Both the position numbers and the translations under genes were made by a program. A stretch of DNA of 64,000 nt from Auanema rhodensis (Eukaryota > Animalia > Nematoda), in assembly GCA_964057225.1 (NCBI GenBank), contig OZ059900.1, positions 23,994,001-24,058,000 on the forward strand. Reading direction: 5' to 3'. Below the pieces are notes generated by a model that was not told the origin of the DNA, made no database searches, and saw nothing but the letters and a program-made list of their open reading frames with translations. Positions 1 to 13,200 of this stretch are shown piece by piece; the first letter of the stretch is position 1, and each line of letters opens with the position of its first letter.

Positions 1-433
1 ACCTTGTTTACAGCGAAATTTCCAAAAACTGGTTTTCCAGCATAATAAAATATTTCTCATGGGAAATACTGTGTTTTTGTATTTTTCTAGTGTTCAGCAT
101 GTAAAATGGTTCATTTTAGTATGTAACACGCTGAAATTCGTTGCATTTGACGACTCATATGAACAAAAATCGATTTAATCAATATTAGCCATAAGGGGCG
201 TGCCCTCAGAATATGCTAATTTCCTTAAATTTCTAACCCCTGTTTTTTGTCGTGAAAGTGGAACTAGACGTTGTACGAACAATTTTGAGCTAGGTTTCAT
301 TGACATTGCATGAGTTTGAACACATGAAATCGTAAGTCAAAACCTTGTTTACAGCGAAATTTCCAAAAACTGGTTTTCCAGCATAATAAAATATTTCTCA
401 TGGGAAATACTGTGTTTTTGTATTCTTCTAGTG

Positions 434-476
434 TTCAGCATGTAAAATGCTTCATTTTAGTATGTAACACGCTGAA
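434..476. other. Nested inverted repeat (potential hairpin/cruciform) present in each satellite A monomer; example copy shown
   Basis: TTCAGCATG-TAAAATG-CTT-CATTTTA-GTATGTAA-CACGCTGAA has a perfect 7-bp inner stem with a 3-nt loop and an 8/9 outer stem. Confidence 0.8.
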
Positions 477-3400
477 ATTCGTTGCATTTGACGACTCATA
501 TGAACAAAAATCGATTTAATCAATATTAGCCATAAGGGGCGTGCCCTCAGAATATGCTAATTTCCTTAATTTTCTAACCCCTGTTTTTTTGTCGTGAAAG
601 TGGAACTAGACGTTGTACGAACATTTTTGAGCTAGGTTTCATTGACATTGCATGAGTTTGAACACATGAAATCGTAAGTCAAAACCTTGTTTACAGCGAA
701 ATTTCCAAAAACTGGTTTTCCAGCATAATAAAATATTTCTCATGGGAAATACTGTGTTTTTGTATTTTTCTAGTGTTCAGCATGTAAAATACTTCATTTT
801 AGTATGTAACACGCTGAAATTCGTTGCATTTGACGACTCATATGAACAAAAATCGATTTAATCAATATTAGCCATAAGGGGCGTGCCCTCAGAATATGCT
901 AATTTCCTTAATTTTCTAACCCTTGTTTTTTTGTCGTGAAAGTGGAACTAGACGTTGTACGAACAATTTTGAGCTAGGTTTCATTGACATTGCATGAGTT
1001 TGAACACATGAAATCGTAAGTCAAAACCTTGTTTACAGCGAAATTTCCAAAAACTGGTTTTCCAGCATAATAAAACATTTCTCATGGGAAATACTGTGTT
1101 TTTGTATTTTTCTAGTGTTCAGCATGTAAAATGCTTCATTTTAGTATGTAACACGCTGAAATTCGTTGCATTTGACGAATCATATGAACAAAAATCGATT
1201 TAATCAATATTAGCCATAAGGGGCGTGCCCTCAGAATATGCTAATTTCCTTAATTTTCTAACCCCTGTTTTTTTGTCGTGAAAGTGGAACTAGACGTTGT
1301 ACGAACAATTTTGAGCTAGGTTTCATTGACATTGCATGAGTTTGAACACATGAAATCGTAAGTCAAAACCTTGTTTACAGCGAAATTTCCAAAAACTGGT
1401 TTTCCAGCATAATAAAATATTTCTCATGGGAAATACTGTGTTTTTGTATTTTTCTAGTGTTCAGCATGTAAAATGGTTCATTTTAGTATGTAACACGCTG
1501 AAATTCGTTGCATTTGACGACTCATATGAACAAAAATCGATTTAATCAATATTAGCCATAAGGGGCGTGCCCTCAGAATATGCTAATTTCCTTAATTTTC
1601 TAACCCCTGTTTTTTTGTCGTGAAAGTGGAACTAGACGTTGTACGAACAATTTTGAGCTAGGTTTCATTGACATTGCATGAGTTTGAACACATGAAATCG
1701 TAAGTCAAAACCTTGTTTACAGCGAAATTTCCAAAAACTGGTTTTCCAGCATAATAAAATATTTCTCATGGGAAATACTGTGTTTTTGTATTTTTCTAGT
1801 GTTCAGCATGTAAAATGCTTCATTTTAGTATGTAACACGCTGAAATTCGTTGCATTTGACGACTCATATGAACAAAAATCGATTTAATCAATATTAGCCA
1901 TAAGGGGCGTGCCCTCAGAATATGCTAATTTCCTTAATTTTCTGACCCCTGTTTTTTTGTCGTGAAAGTGGAACTAGACGTTGTACGAACAATTTTGAGC
2001 TAGGTTTCATTGACATTGCATGAGTTTGAACACATGAAATCGTAAGTCAAAACCTTGTTTACAGCGAAATTTCCAAAAACTGGTTTTCCAGCATAATAAA
2101 ATATTTCTCATGGGAAATACTGTGTTTTTGTATTTTTCTAGTGTTCAGCATGTAAAATGCTTCATTTTAGTATGTAACACGCTGAAATTCGTTGCATTTG
2201 ACGACTCATATGAACAAAAATCGATTTAATCAATATTAGCCATAAGGGGCGTGCCCTCAGAATATGCTAATTTCCTTAATTTTCTAACCCCTGTTTTTTT
2301 GTCGTGAAAGTGGAACTAGACGTTGTACGAACAATTTTGAGCTAGGTTTCATTGACATTGCATGAGTTTGAACACATGAAATCGTAAGTCAAAACCTTGT
2401 TTACAGCGAAATTTCCAAAAACTGGTTTTCCAGCATAATAAAATATTTCTCATGGGAAATACTGTGTTTTTGTTTTTTTCTAGTGTTCAGCATGTAAAAT
2501 GCTTCATTTTAGTATGTAACACGCAGAAATTCGTTGCATTTGACGACTCATATGAACAAAAATCGATTTAATCAATATTAGCCATAAGGGGCGTGCCCTC
2601 AGAATATGCTAATTTCCTTAATTTTCTAACCCCTGTTTTTTTGTCGTGAAAGTGGAACTAGACGTTGTACGAACAATTTTGAGCTAGGTTTCATTGACAT
2701 TGCATGAGTTTGAACACATGAAATCGTAAGTCAAAACCTTGTTTACAGCGAAATTTCCAAAAACTGGTTTTCCAGCATAATAAAATATTTCTCATGGGAA
2801 ATACTGTGTTTTTGTATTTTTCTAGTGTTCAGCATGTAAAATGCTTCATTTTAGTATGTAACACGCTGAAATTCGTTGCATTTGACGACTCATATGAACA
2901 AAAATCGATTTAATCAATATTAGCCATAAGGGGCGTGCCCTCAGAATATGCTAATTTCCTTAATTTTCTAACCCCTGTTTTTTTGTCGTGAAAGTGGAAC
3001 TAGACGTTGTACGAACAATTTTGAGCTAGGTTTCATTGACATTGCATGAGTTTGAACACATGAAATCGTAAGTCAAAACCTTGTTTACAGCGAAATTTCC
3101 AAAAACTGGTTTTCCAGCATAATAAAATATTTCTCATGGGAAATACTGTGTTTTTGTATTTTTCTAGTGTTCAGCATGTAAAATGCTTCATTTTAGTATG
3201 TAACACACTGAAATTCGTTGCATTTGACGACTCATATGAACAAAAATCGATTTAATCAATATTAGCCATAAGGGGCGTGCCCTCAGAATATGCTAATTTC
3301 CTTAATTTTCTAACCCCTGTTTTTTTGTCGTGAAAGTGGAACTAGACGTTGTACGAACAATTTTGAGCTAAGTTTCATTGACATTGCATGAGTTTGAACA

Positions 3401-5811
3401 CATGAAATCGTAAGTCAAAACCTTGTTTACAGCGAAATTTCCAAAAACTGGTTTTCCAGCATAATAAAATATTTCTCATGGGAAATACTGTGTTTTTGTT
3501 TTTTTCTAGTGTTCAGCATGTAAAATGCTTCATTTTAGTATGTAACACGCTGAAATTCGTTGCATTTGACGACTCATATGAACAAAAATCGATTTAATCA
3601 ATATTAGCCATAAGGGGCGTGCCCTCAGAATATGCTAATTTCCTTAATTTTCTAACCCCTGTTTTTTGTCGTGAAAGTGGAACTAGACGTTGTACGAACA
3701 ATTTTGAGCTAGGTTTCATTGACATTGCATGAGTTTGAACACATGAAATCGTAAGTCAAAACCTTGTTTACAGCGAAATTTCCAAAAACTGGTTTTCCAG
3801 CATAATAAAATATTTCTCATGGGAAATACTGTGTTTTTGTATTCTTCTAGTGTTCAGCATGTAAAATGCTTCATTTTAGTATGTAACACGCTGAAATTCG
3901 TTGCATTTGACGACTCATATGAACAAAAATCGATTTAATCAATATTAGCCATAAGGGGCGTGCCCTCAGAATATGCTAATTTCCTTAATTTTCTAACCCC
4001 TGTTTTTTTGTCGTGAAAGTGGAACTAGACGTTGTACGAACAATTTTGAGCTAGGTTTCATTGACATTGCATGAGTTTGAACACATGAAATCGTAAGTCA
4101 AAACCTTGTTTACAGCGAAATTTCCAAAAACTGGTTTTCCAGCATAATAAAATATTTCTCATGGGAAATACTGTGTTTTTGTATTTTTCTAGTGTTCAGC
4201 ATGTAAAATACTTCATTTTAGTATGTAACACGCTGAAATTCGTTGCATTTGACGACTCATATGAACAAAAATCGATTTAATCAATATTAGCCATAAGGGG
4301 CGTGCCCTCAGAATATGCTAATTTCCTTAATTTTCTAACCCCTGTTTTTTTGTCGTGAAAGTGGAACTAGACGTTGTACGAACAATTTTCAGCTAGGTTT
4401 CATTGACATTGCATGAGTTTGAACACATGAAATCGTAAGTCAAAACCTTGTTTACAGCGAAATTTCCAAAAACTGGTTTTCCAGCATAATAAAATATTTC
4501 TCATGGGAAATACTGTGTTTTTGTATTTTTCTAGTGTTCAGCATGTAAAATGCTTCATTTTAGTATGTAACACGCTGAAATTCGTTGCATTTGACGACTC
4601 ATATGAACAAAAATCGATTTAATCAATATTAGCCATAAGGGGCGTGCCCTCAGAATATGCTAATTTCCTTAAATTTCTAACCCCTGTTTTTTGTCGTGAA
4701 AGTGGAACTAGACGTTGTACGAACAATTTTGAGCTAGGTTTCATTGACATTGCATGAGTTTGAACACATGAAATCGTAAGTCAAAACCTTGTTTACAGCG
4801 AAATTTCCAAAAACTGGTTTTCCAGCATAATAAAATATTTCTCATGGGAAATACTGTGTTTTTGTATTCTTCTAGTGTTCAGCATGTAAAATGCTTCATT
4901 TTAGTATGTAACACGCTGAAATTCGTTGCATTTGACGACTCATATGAACAAAAATCGATTTAATCAATATTAGCCATAAGGGGCGTGCCCTCAGAATATG
5001 CTAATTTCCTTAATTTTCTAACCCCTGTTTTTTTGTCGTGAAAGTGGAACTAGACGTTGTACGAACATTTTTGAGCTAGGTTTCATTGACATTGCATGAG
5101 TTTGAACACATGAAATCGTAAGTCAAAACCTTGTTTACAGCGAAATTTCCAAAAACTGGTTTTCCAGCATAATAAAATATTTCTCATGGGAAATACTGTG
5201 TTTTTGTATTTTTCTAGTGTTCAGCATGTAAAATACTTCATTTTAGTATGTAACACGCTGAAATTCGTTGCATTTGACGACTCATATGAACAAAAATCGA
5301 TTTAATCAATATTAGCCATAAGGGGCGTGCCCTCAGAATATGCTAATTTCCTTAATTTTCTAACCCTTGTTTTTTTGTCGTGAAAGTGGAACTAGACGTT
5401 GTACGAACAATTTTGAGCTAGGTTTCATTGACATTGCATGAGTTTGAACACATGAAATCGTAAGTCAAAACCTTGTTTACAGCGAAATTTCCAAAAACTG
5501 GTTTTCCAGCATAATAAAACATTTCTCATGGGAAATACTGTGTTTTTGTATTTTTCTAGTGTTCAGCATGTAAAATGCTTCATTTTAGTATGTAACACGC
5601 TGAAATTCGTTGCATTTGACGAATCATATGAACAAAAATCGATTTAATCAATATTAGCCATAAGGGGCGTGCCCTCAGAATATGCTAATTTCCTTAATTT
5701 TCTAACCCCTGTTTTTTTGTCGTGAAAGTGGAACTAGACGTTGTACGAACAATTTTGAGCTAGGTTTCATTGACATTGCATGAGTTTGAACACATGAAAT
5801 CGTAAGTCAAA

Positions 5812-8800
5812 ACCTTGTTTACAGCGAAATTTCCAAAAACTGGTTTTCCAGCATAATAAAATATTTCTCATGGGAAATACTGTGTTTTTGTATTTTTCTA
5901 GTGTTCAGCATGTAAAATGGTTCATTTTAGTATGTAACACGCTGAAATTCGTTGCATTTGACGACTCATATGAACAAAAATCGATTTAATCAATATTAGC
6001 CATAAGGGGCGTGCCCTCAGAATATGCTAATTTCCTTAAATTTCTAACCCCTGTTTTTTGTCGTGAAAGTGGAACTAGACGTTGTACGAACAATTTTGAG
6101 CTAGGTTTCATTGACATTGCATGAGTTTGAACACATGAAATCGTAAGTCAAAACCTTGTTTACAGCGAAATTTCCAAAAACTGGTTTTCCAGCATAATAA
6201 AATATTTCTCATGGGAAATACTGTGTTTTTGTATTCTTCTAGTGTTCAGCATGTAAAATGCTTCATTTTAGTATGTAACACGCTGAAATTCGTTGCATTT
6301 GACGACTCATATGAACAAAAATCGATTTAATCAATATTAGCCATAAGGGGCGTGCCCTCAGAATATGCTAATTTCCTTAATTTTCTAACCCCTGTTTTTT
6401 TGTCGTGAAAGTGGAACTAGACGTTGTACGAACATTTTTGAGCTAGGTTTCATTGACATTGCATGAGTTTGAACACATGAAATCGTAAGTCAAAACCTTG
6501 TTTACAGCGAAATTTCCAAAAACTGGTTTTCCAGCATAATAAAATATTTCTCATGGGAAATACTGTGTTTTTGTATTTTTCTAGTGTTCAGCATGTAAAA
6601 TACTTCATTTTAGTATGTAACACGCTGAAATTCGTTGCATTTGACGACTCATATGAACAAAAATCGATTTAATCAATATTAGCCATAAGGGGCGTGCCCT
6701 CAGAATATGCTAATTTCCTTAATTTTCTAACCCTTGTTTTTTTGTCGTGAAAGTGGAACTAGACGTTGTACGAACAATTTTGAGCTAGGTTTCATTGACA
6801 TTGCATGAGTTTGAACACATGAAATCGTAAGTCAAAACCTTGTTTACAGCGAAATTTCCAAAAACTGGTTTTCCAGCATAATAAAACATTTCTCATGGGA
6901 AATACTGTGTTTTTGTATTTTTCTAGTGTTCAGCATGTAAAATGCTTCATTTTAGTATGTAACACGCTGAAATTCGTTGCATTTGACGAATCATATGAAC
7001 AAAAATCGATTTAATCAATATTAGCCATAAGGGGCGTGCCCTCAGAATATGCTAATTTCCTTAATTTTCTAACCCCTGTTTTTTTGTCGTGAAAGTGGAA
7101 CTAGACGTTGTACGAACAATTTTGAGCTAGGTTTCATTGACATTGCATGAGTTTGAACACATGAAATCGTAAGTCAAAACCTTGTTTACAGCGAAATTTC
7201 CAAAAACTGGTTTTCCAGCATAATAAAATATTTCTCATGGGAAATACTGTGTTTTTGTATTTTTCTAGTGTTCAGCATGTAAAATGGTTCATTTTAGTAT
7301 GTAACACGCTGAAATTCGTTGCATTTGACGACTCATATGAACAAAAATCGATTTAATCAATATTAGCCATAAGGGGCGTGCCCTCAGAATATGCTAATTT
7401 CCTTAATTTTCTAACCCCTGTTTTTTTGTCGTGAAAGTGGAACTAGACGTTGTACGAACAATTTTGAGCTAGGTTTCATTGACATTGCATGAGTTTGAAC
7501 ACATGAAATCGTAAGTCAAAACCTTGTTTACAGCGAAATTTCCAAAAACTGGTTTTCCAGCATAATAAAATATTTCTCATGGGAAATACTGTGTTTTTGT
7601 ATTTTTCTAGTGTTCAGCATGTAAAATGCTTCATTTTAGTATGTAACACGCTGAAATTCGTTGCATTTGACGACTCATATGAACAAAAATCGATTTAATC
7701 AATATTAGCCATAAGGGGCGTGCCCTCAGAATATGCTAATTTCCTTAATTTTCTGACCCCTGTTTTTTTGTCGTGAAAGTGGAACTAGACGTTGTACGAA
7801 CAATTTTGAGCTAGGTTTCATTGACATTGCATGAGTTTGAACACATGAAATCGTAAGTCAAAACCTTGTTTACAGCGAAATTTCCAAAAACTGGTTTTCC
7901 AGCATAATAAAATATTTCTCATGGGAAATACTGTGTTTTTGTATTTTTCTAGTGTTCAGCATGTAAAATGCTTCATTTTAGTATGTAACACGCTGAAATT
8001 CGTTGCATTTGACGACTCATATGAACAAAAATCGATTTAATCAATATTAGCCATAAGGGGCGTGCCCTCAGAATATGCTAATTTCCTTAATTTTCTAACC
8101 CCTGTTTTTTTGTCGTGAAAGTGGAACTAGACGTTGTACGAACAATTTTGAGCTAGGTTTCATTGACATTGCATGAGTTTGAACACATGAAATCGTAAGT
8201 CAAAACCTTGTTTACAGCGAAATTTCCAAAAACTGGTTTTCCAGCATAATAAAATATTTCTCATGGGAAATACTGTGTTTTTGTATTTTTCTAGTGTTCA
8301 GCATGTAAAATGCTTCATTTTAGTATGTAACACGCTGAAATTCGTTGCATTTGACGACTCATATGAACAAAAATCGATTTAATCAATATTAGCTATAAGG
8401 GGCGTGCCCTCAGAATATGCTAATTTCCTTAATTTTCTAACCCCTGTTTTTTTGTCGTGAAAGTGGAACTAGACGTTGTACGAACAATTTTGAGCTAAGT
8501 TTCATTGACATTGCATGAGTTTGAACACATGAAATCGTAAGTCAAAACCTTGTTTACAGCGAAATTTCCAAAAACTGGTTTTCCAGCATAATAAAATATT
8601 TCTCATGGGAAATACTGTGTTTTTGTTTTTTTCTAGTGTTCAGCATGTAAAATGCTTCATTTTAGTATGTAACACGCTGAAATTCGTTGCATTTGACGAC
8701 TCATATGAACAAAAATCGATTTAATCAATATTAGCCATAAGGGGCGTGCCCTCAGAATATGCTAATTTCCTTAATTTTCTAACCCCTGTTTTTTTGTCGT

Positions 8801-10256
8801 GAAAGTGGAACTAGACGTTGTACGAACAATTTTGAGCTAGGTTTCATTGACATTGCATGAGTTTGAACACATGAAATCGTAAGTCAAAACCTTGTTTACA
8901 GCGAAATTTCCAAAAACTGGTTTTCCAGCATAATAAAATATTTCTCATGGGAAATACTGTGTTTTTGTATTCTTCTAGTGTTCAGCATGTAAAATGCTTC
9001 ATTTTAGTATGTAACACGCTGAAATTCGTTGCATTTGACGACTCATATGAACAAAAATCGATTTAATCAATATTAGCCATAAGGGGCGTGCCCTCAGAAT
9101 ATGCTAATTTCCTTAATTTTCTAACCCCTGTTTTTTTGTCGTGAAAGTGGAACTAGACGTTGTACGAACAATTTTGAGCTAGGTTTCATTGACATTGCAT
9201 GAGTTTGAACACATGAAATCGTAAGTCAAAACCTTGTTTACAGCGAAATTTCCAAAAACTGGTTTTCCAGCATAATAAAATATTTCTCATGGGAAATACT
9301 GTGTTTTTGTATTCTTCTAGTGTTCAGCATGTAAAATGCTTCATTTTAGTATGTAACACGCTGAAATTCGTTGCATTTGACGACTCATATGAACAAAAAT
9401 CGATTTAATCAATATTAGCCATAAGGGGCGTGCCCTCAGAATATGCTAATTTCCTTAATTTTCTAACCCCTGTTTTTTTGTCGTGAAAGTGGAACTAGAC
9501 GTTGTACGAACAATTTTGAGCTAGGTTTCATTGACATTGCATGAGTTTGAACACATGAAATCGTAAGTCAAAACCTTGTTTACAGCGAAATTTCCAAAAA
9601 CTGGTTTTCCAGCATAATAAAATATTTCTCATGGGAAATACTGTGTTTTTGTATTCTTCTAGTGTTCAGCATGTAAAATGCTTCATTTTAGTATGTAACA
9701 CGCTGAAATTCGTTGCATTTGACGACTCATATGAACAAAAATCGATTTAATCAATATTAGCCATAAGGGGCGTGCCCTCAGAATATGCTAATTTCCTTAA
9801 TTTTCTAACCCCTGTTTTTTTGTCGTGAAAGTGGAACTAGACGTTGTACGAACAATTTTGAGCTAGGTTTCATTGACATTGCATGAGTTTGAACACATGA
9901 AATCGTAAGTCAAAACCTTGTTTACAGCGAAATTTCCAAAAACTGGTTTTCCAGCATAATAAAATATTTCTCATGGGAAATACTGTGTTTTTGTATATTT
10001 CTAGTGTTCAGCATGTGAAATGCTTCATTTTAGTATGTAGCACGCTGAAATTCGTTGCATTTGACGACTCATATGAACAAAAATCGATTTAATCAATATT
10101 AGCCATAAGGGGCGTGCCCTCAGAATATGCTAATTTCCTTAATTTTCTAACCCCTGTTTTTTTGTCGTGAAAGTGGAACTAGACGTTGTACGAACAATTT
10201 TGAGCTAGGTTTCATTGACATTGCATGAGTTTGAACACATGAAATCGTAAGTCAAA
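5812..10256. repeat. Representative ~13-monomer higher-order unit of satellite A (4445 bp)
   Basis: Diagnostic variants occur in order: P (TAAATTT+T6), CQ (ATTCTT+AACATTTT), R (ATACTT+CCCTTG), S (GAATCAT), W (ATGGTT), X (CTGACCC), consensus, Y (GCTATA+GCTAAGT), T (GTTTTTTTC), C, C, C, Z (TATATTT+GTAGCAC), then P again at 10257. Positions 1-4444 also span 13 monomers from P to P. Confidence 0.75.
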
Positions 10257-13200
10257 ACCTTGTTTACAGCGAAATTTCCAAAAACTGGTTTTCCAGCATA
10301 ATAAAATATTTCTCATGGGAAATACTGTGTTTTTGTATTTTTCTAGTGTTCAGCATGTAAAATGCTTCATTTTAGTATGTAACACGCTGAAATTCGTTGC
10401 ATTTGACGACTCATATGAACAAAAATCGATTTAATCAATATTAGCCATAAGGGGCGTGCCCTCAGAATATGCTAATTTCCTTAAATTTCTAACCCCTGTT
10501 TTTTGTCGTGAAAGTGGAACTAGACGTTGTACGAACAATTTTGAGCTAGGTTTCATTGACATTGCATGAGTTTGAACACATGAAATCGTAAGTCAAAACC
10601 TTGTTTACAGCGAAATTTCCAAAAACTGGTTTTCCAGCATAATAAAATATTTCTCATGGGAAATACTGTGTTTTTGTATTCTTCTAGTGTTCAGCATGTA
10701 AAATGCTTCATTTTAGTATGTAACACGCTGAAATTCGTTGCATTTAACGACTCATATGAACAAAAATCGATTTAATCAATATTAGCCATAAGGGGCGTGC
10801 CCTCAGAATATGCTAATTTCCTTAATTTTCTAACCCCTGTTTTTTTGTCGTGAAAGTGGAACTAGACGTTGTATGAACATTTTTGAGCTAGGTTTCATTG
10901 ACATTGCATGAGTTTGAACACATGAAATCGTAAGTCAAAACCTTGTTTACAGCGAAATTTCCAAAAACTGGTTTTCCAGCATAATAAAATATTTCTCATG
11001 GGAAATACTGTGTTTTTGTATTTTTCTAGTGTTCAGCATGTAAAATACTTCATTTTAGTATGTAACACGCTGAAATTCGTTGCATTTGACGACTCATATG
11101 AACAAAAATCGATTTAATCAATATTAGCCATAAGGGGCGTGCCCTCAGAATATGCTAATTTCCTTAATTTTCTAACCCTTGTTTTTTTGTCGTGAAAGTG
11201 GAACTAGACGTTGTACGAACAATTTTGAGCTAGGTTTCATTGACATTGCATGAGTTTGAACACATGAAATCGTAAGTCAAAACCTTGTTTACAGCGAAAT
11301 TTCCAAAAACTGGTTTTCCAGCATAATAAAATATTTCTCATGGGAAATACTGTGTTTTCGTATTTTTCTAGTGTTCAGCATGTAAAATGGTTCATTTTAG
11401 TATGTAACACGCTGAAATTCGTTGCATTTGACGACTCATATGAACAAAAATCGATTTAATCAATATTAGCCATAAGGGGCGTGCCCTCAGAATATGCTAA
11501 TTTCCTTAATTTTCTAACCCCTGTTTTTTTGTCGTGAAAGTGGAACTAGACGTTGTACGAACAATTTTGAGCTAGGTTTCATTGACATTGCATGAGTTTG
11601 TACACATGAAATCGTAAGTCAAAACCTTGTTTACAGCGAAATTTCCAAAAACTGGTTTTCCAGCATAATAAAATATTTCTCATGGGAAATACTGTGTTTT
11701 TGTATTTTTCTAGTGTTCAGCATGTAAAATGCTTCATTTTAGTATGTAACACGCTGAAATTCGTTGCATTTAACGACTCATATGAACAAAAATCGATTTA
11801 ATCAATATTAGCCATAAGGGGCGTGCCCTCAGAATATGCTAATTTCCTTAATTTTCTAACCCCTGTTTTTTTGTCGTGAAAGTGGAATTAGACGTTGTAT
11901 GAACATTTTTGAGCTAGGTTTCATTGACATTGCATGAGTTTGAACACATGAAATCGTAAGTCAAAACCTTGTTTACAGCGAAATTTCCAAAAACTGGTTT
12001 TCCAGCATAATAAAATATTTCTCATGGGAAATACTGTGTTTTTGTATTTTTCTAGTGTTCAGCATGTAAAATGCTTCATTTTAGTATGTAACACGCTGAA
12101 ATTCGTTGCATTTGACGACTCATATGAACAAAAATCGATTTAATCAATATTAGCTATAAGGGGCGTGCCCTCAGAATATGCTAATTTCCTTAATTTTCTA
12201 ACCCCTGTTTTTTTGTCGTGAAAGTGGAACTAGACGTTGTACGAACAATTTTGAGCTAAGTTTCATTGACATTGCATGAGTTTGAACACATGAAATCGTA
12301 AGTCAAAACCTTGTTTACAGCGAAATTTCCAAAAACTGGTTTTCCAGCATAATAAAATATTTCTCATGGGAAATACTGTGTTTTTGTTTTTTTCTAGTGT
12401 TCAGCATGTAAAATGCTTCATTTTAGTATGTAACACGCTGAAATTCGTTGCATTTGACGACTCATATGAACAAAAATCGATTTAATCAATATTAGCCATA
12501 AGGGGCGTGCCCTCAGAATATGCTAATTTCCTTAATTTTCTAACCCCTGTTTTTTTGTCGTGAAAGTGGAACTAGACGTTGTACGAACAATTTTGAGCTA
12601 GGTTTCATTGACATTGCATGAGTTTGAACACATGAAATCGTAAGTCAAAACCTTGTTTACAGCGAAATTTCCAAAAACTGGTTTTCCAGCATAATAAAAT
12701 ATTTCTCATGGGAAATACTGTGTTTTTGTATTCTTCTAGTGTTCAGCATGTAAAATGCTTCATTTTAGTATGTAACACGCTGAAATTCGTTGCATTTGAC
12801 GACTCATATGAACAAAAATCGATTTAATCAATATTAGCCATAAGGGGCGTGCCCTCAGAATATGCTAATTTCCTTAATTTTCTAACCCCTGTTTTTTTGT
12901 CGTGAAAGTGGAACTAGACGTTGTACGAACAATTTTGAGCTAGGTTTCATTGACATTGCATGAGTTTGAACACATGAAATCGTAAGTCAAAACCTTGTTT
13001 ACAGCGAAATTTCCAAAAACTGGTTTTCCAGCATAATAAAATATTTCTCATGGGAAATACTGTGTTTTTGTATTCTTCTAGTGTTCAGCATGTAAAATGC
13101 TTCATTTTAGTATGTAACACGCTGAAATTCGTTGCATTTGACGACTCATATGAACAAAAATCGATTTAATCAATATTAGCCATAAGGGGCGTGCCCTCAG

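Noticed and set aside
136-152. CENP-B-box-like ATTCGTTGCATTTGACG
   Set aside because: It matches the TTCG....A half but lacks the essential CGGG half (6 of 9 core positions), so it is not supportable as a functional box.
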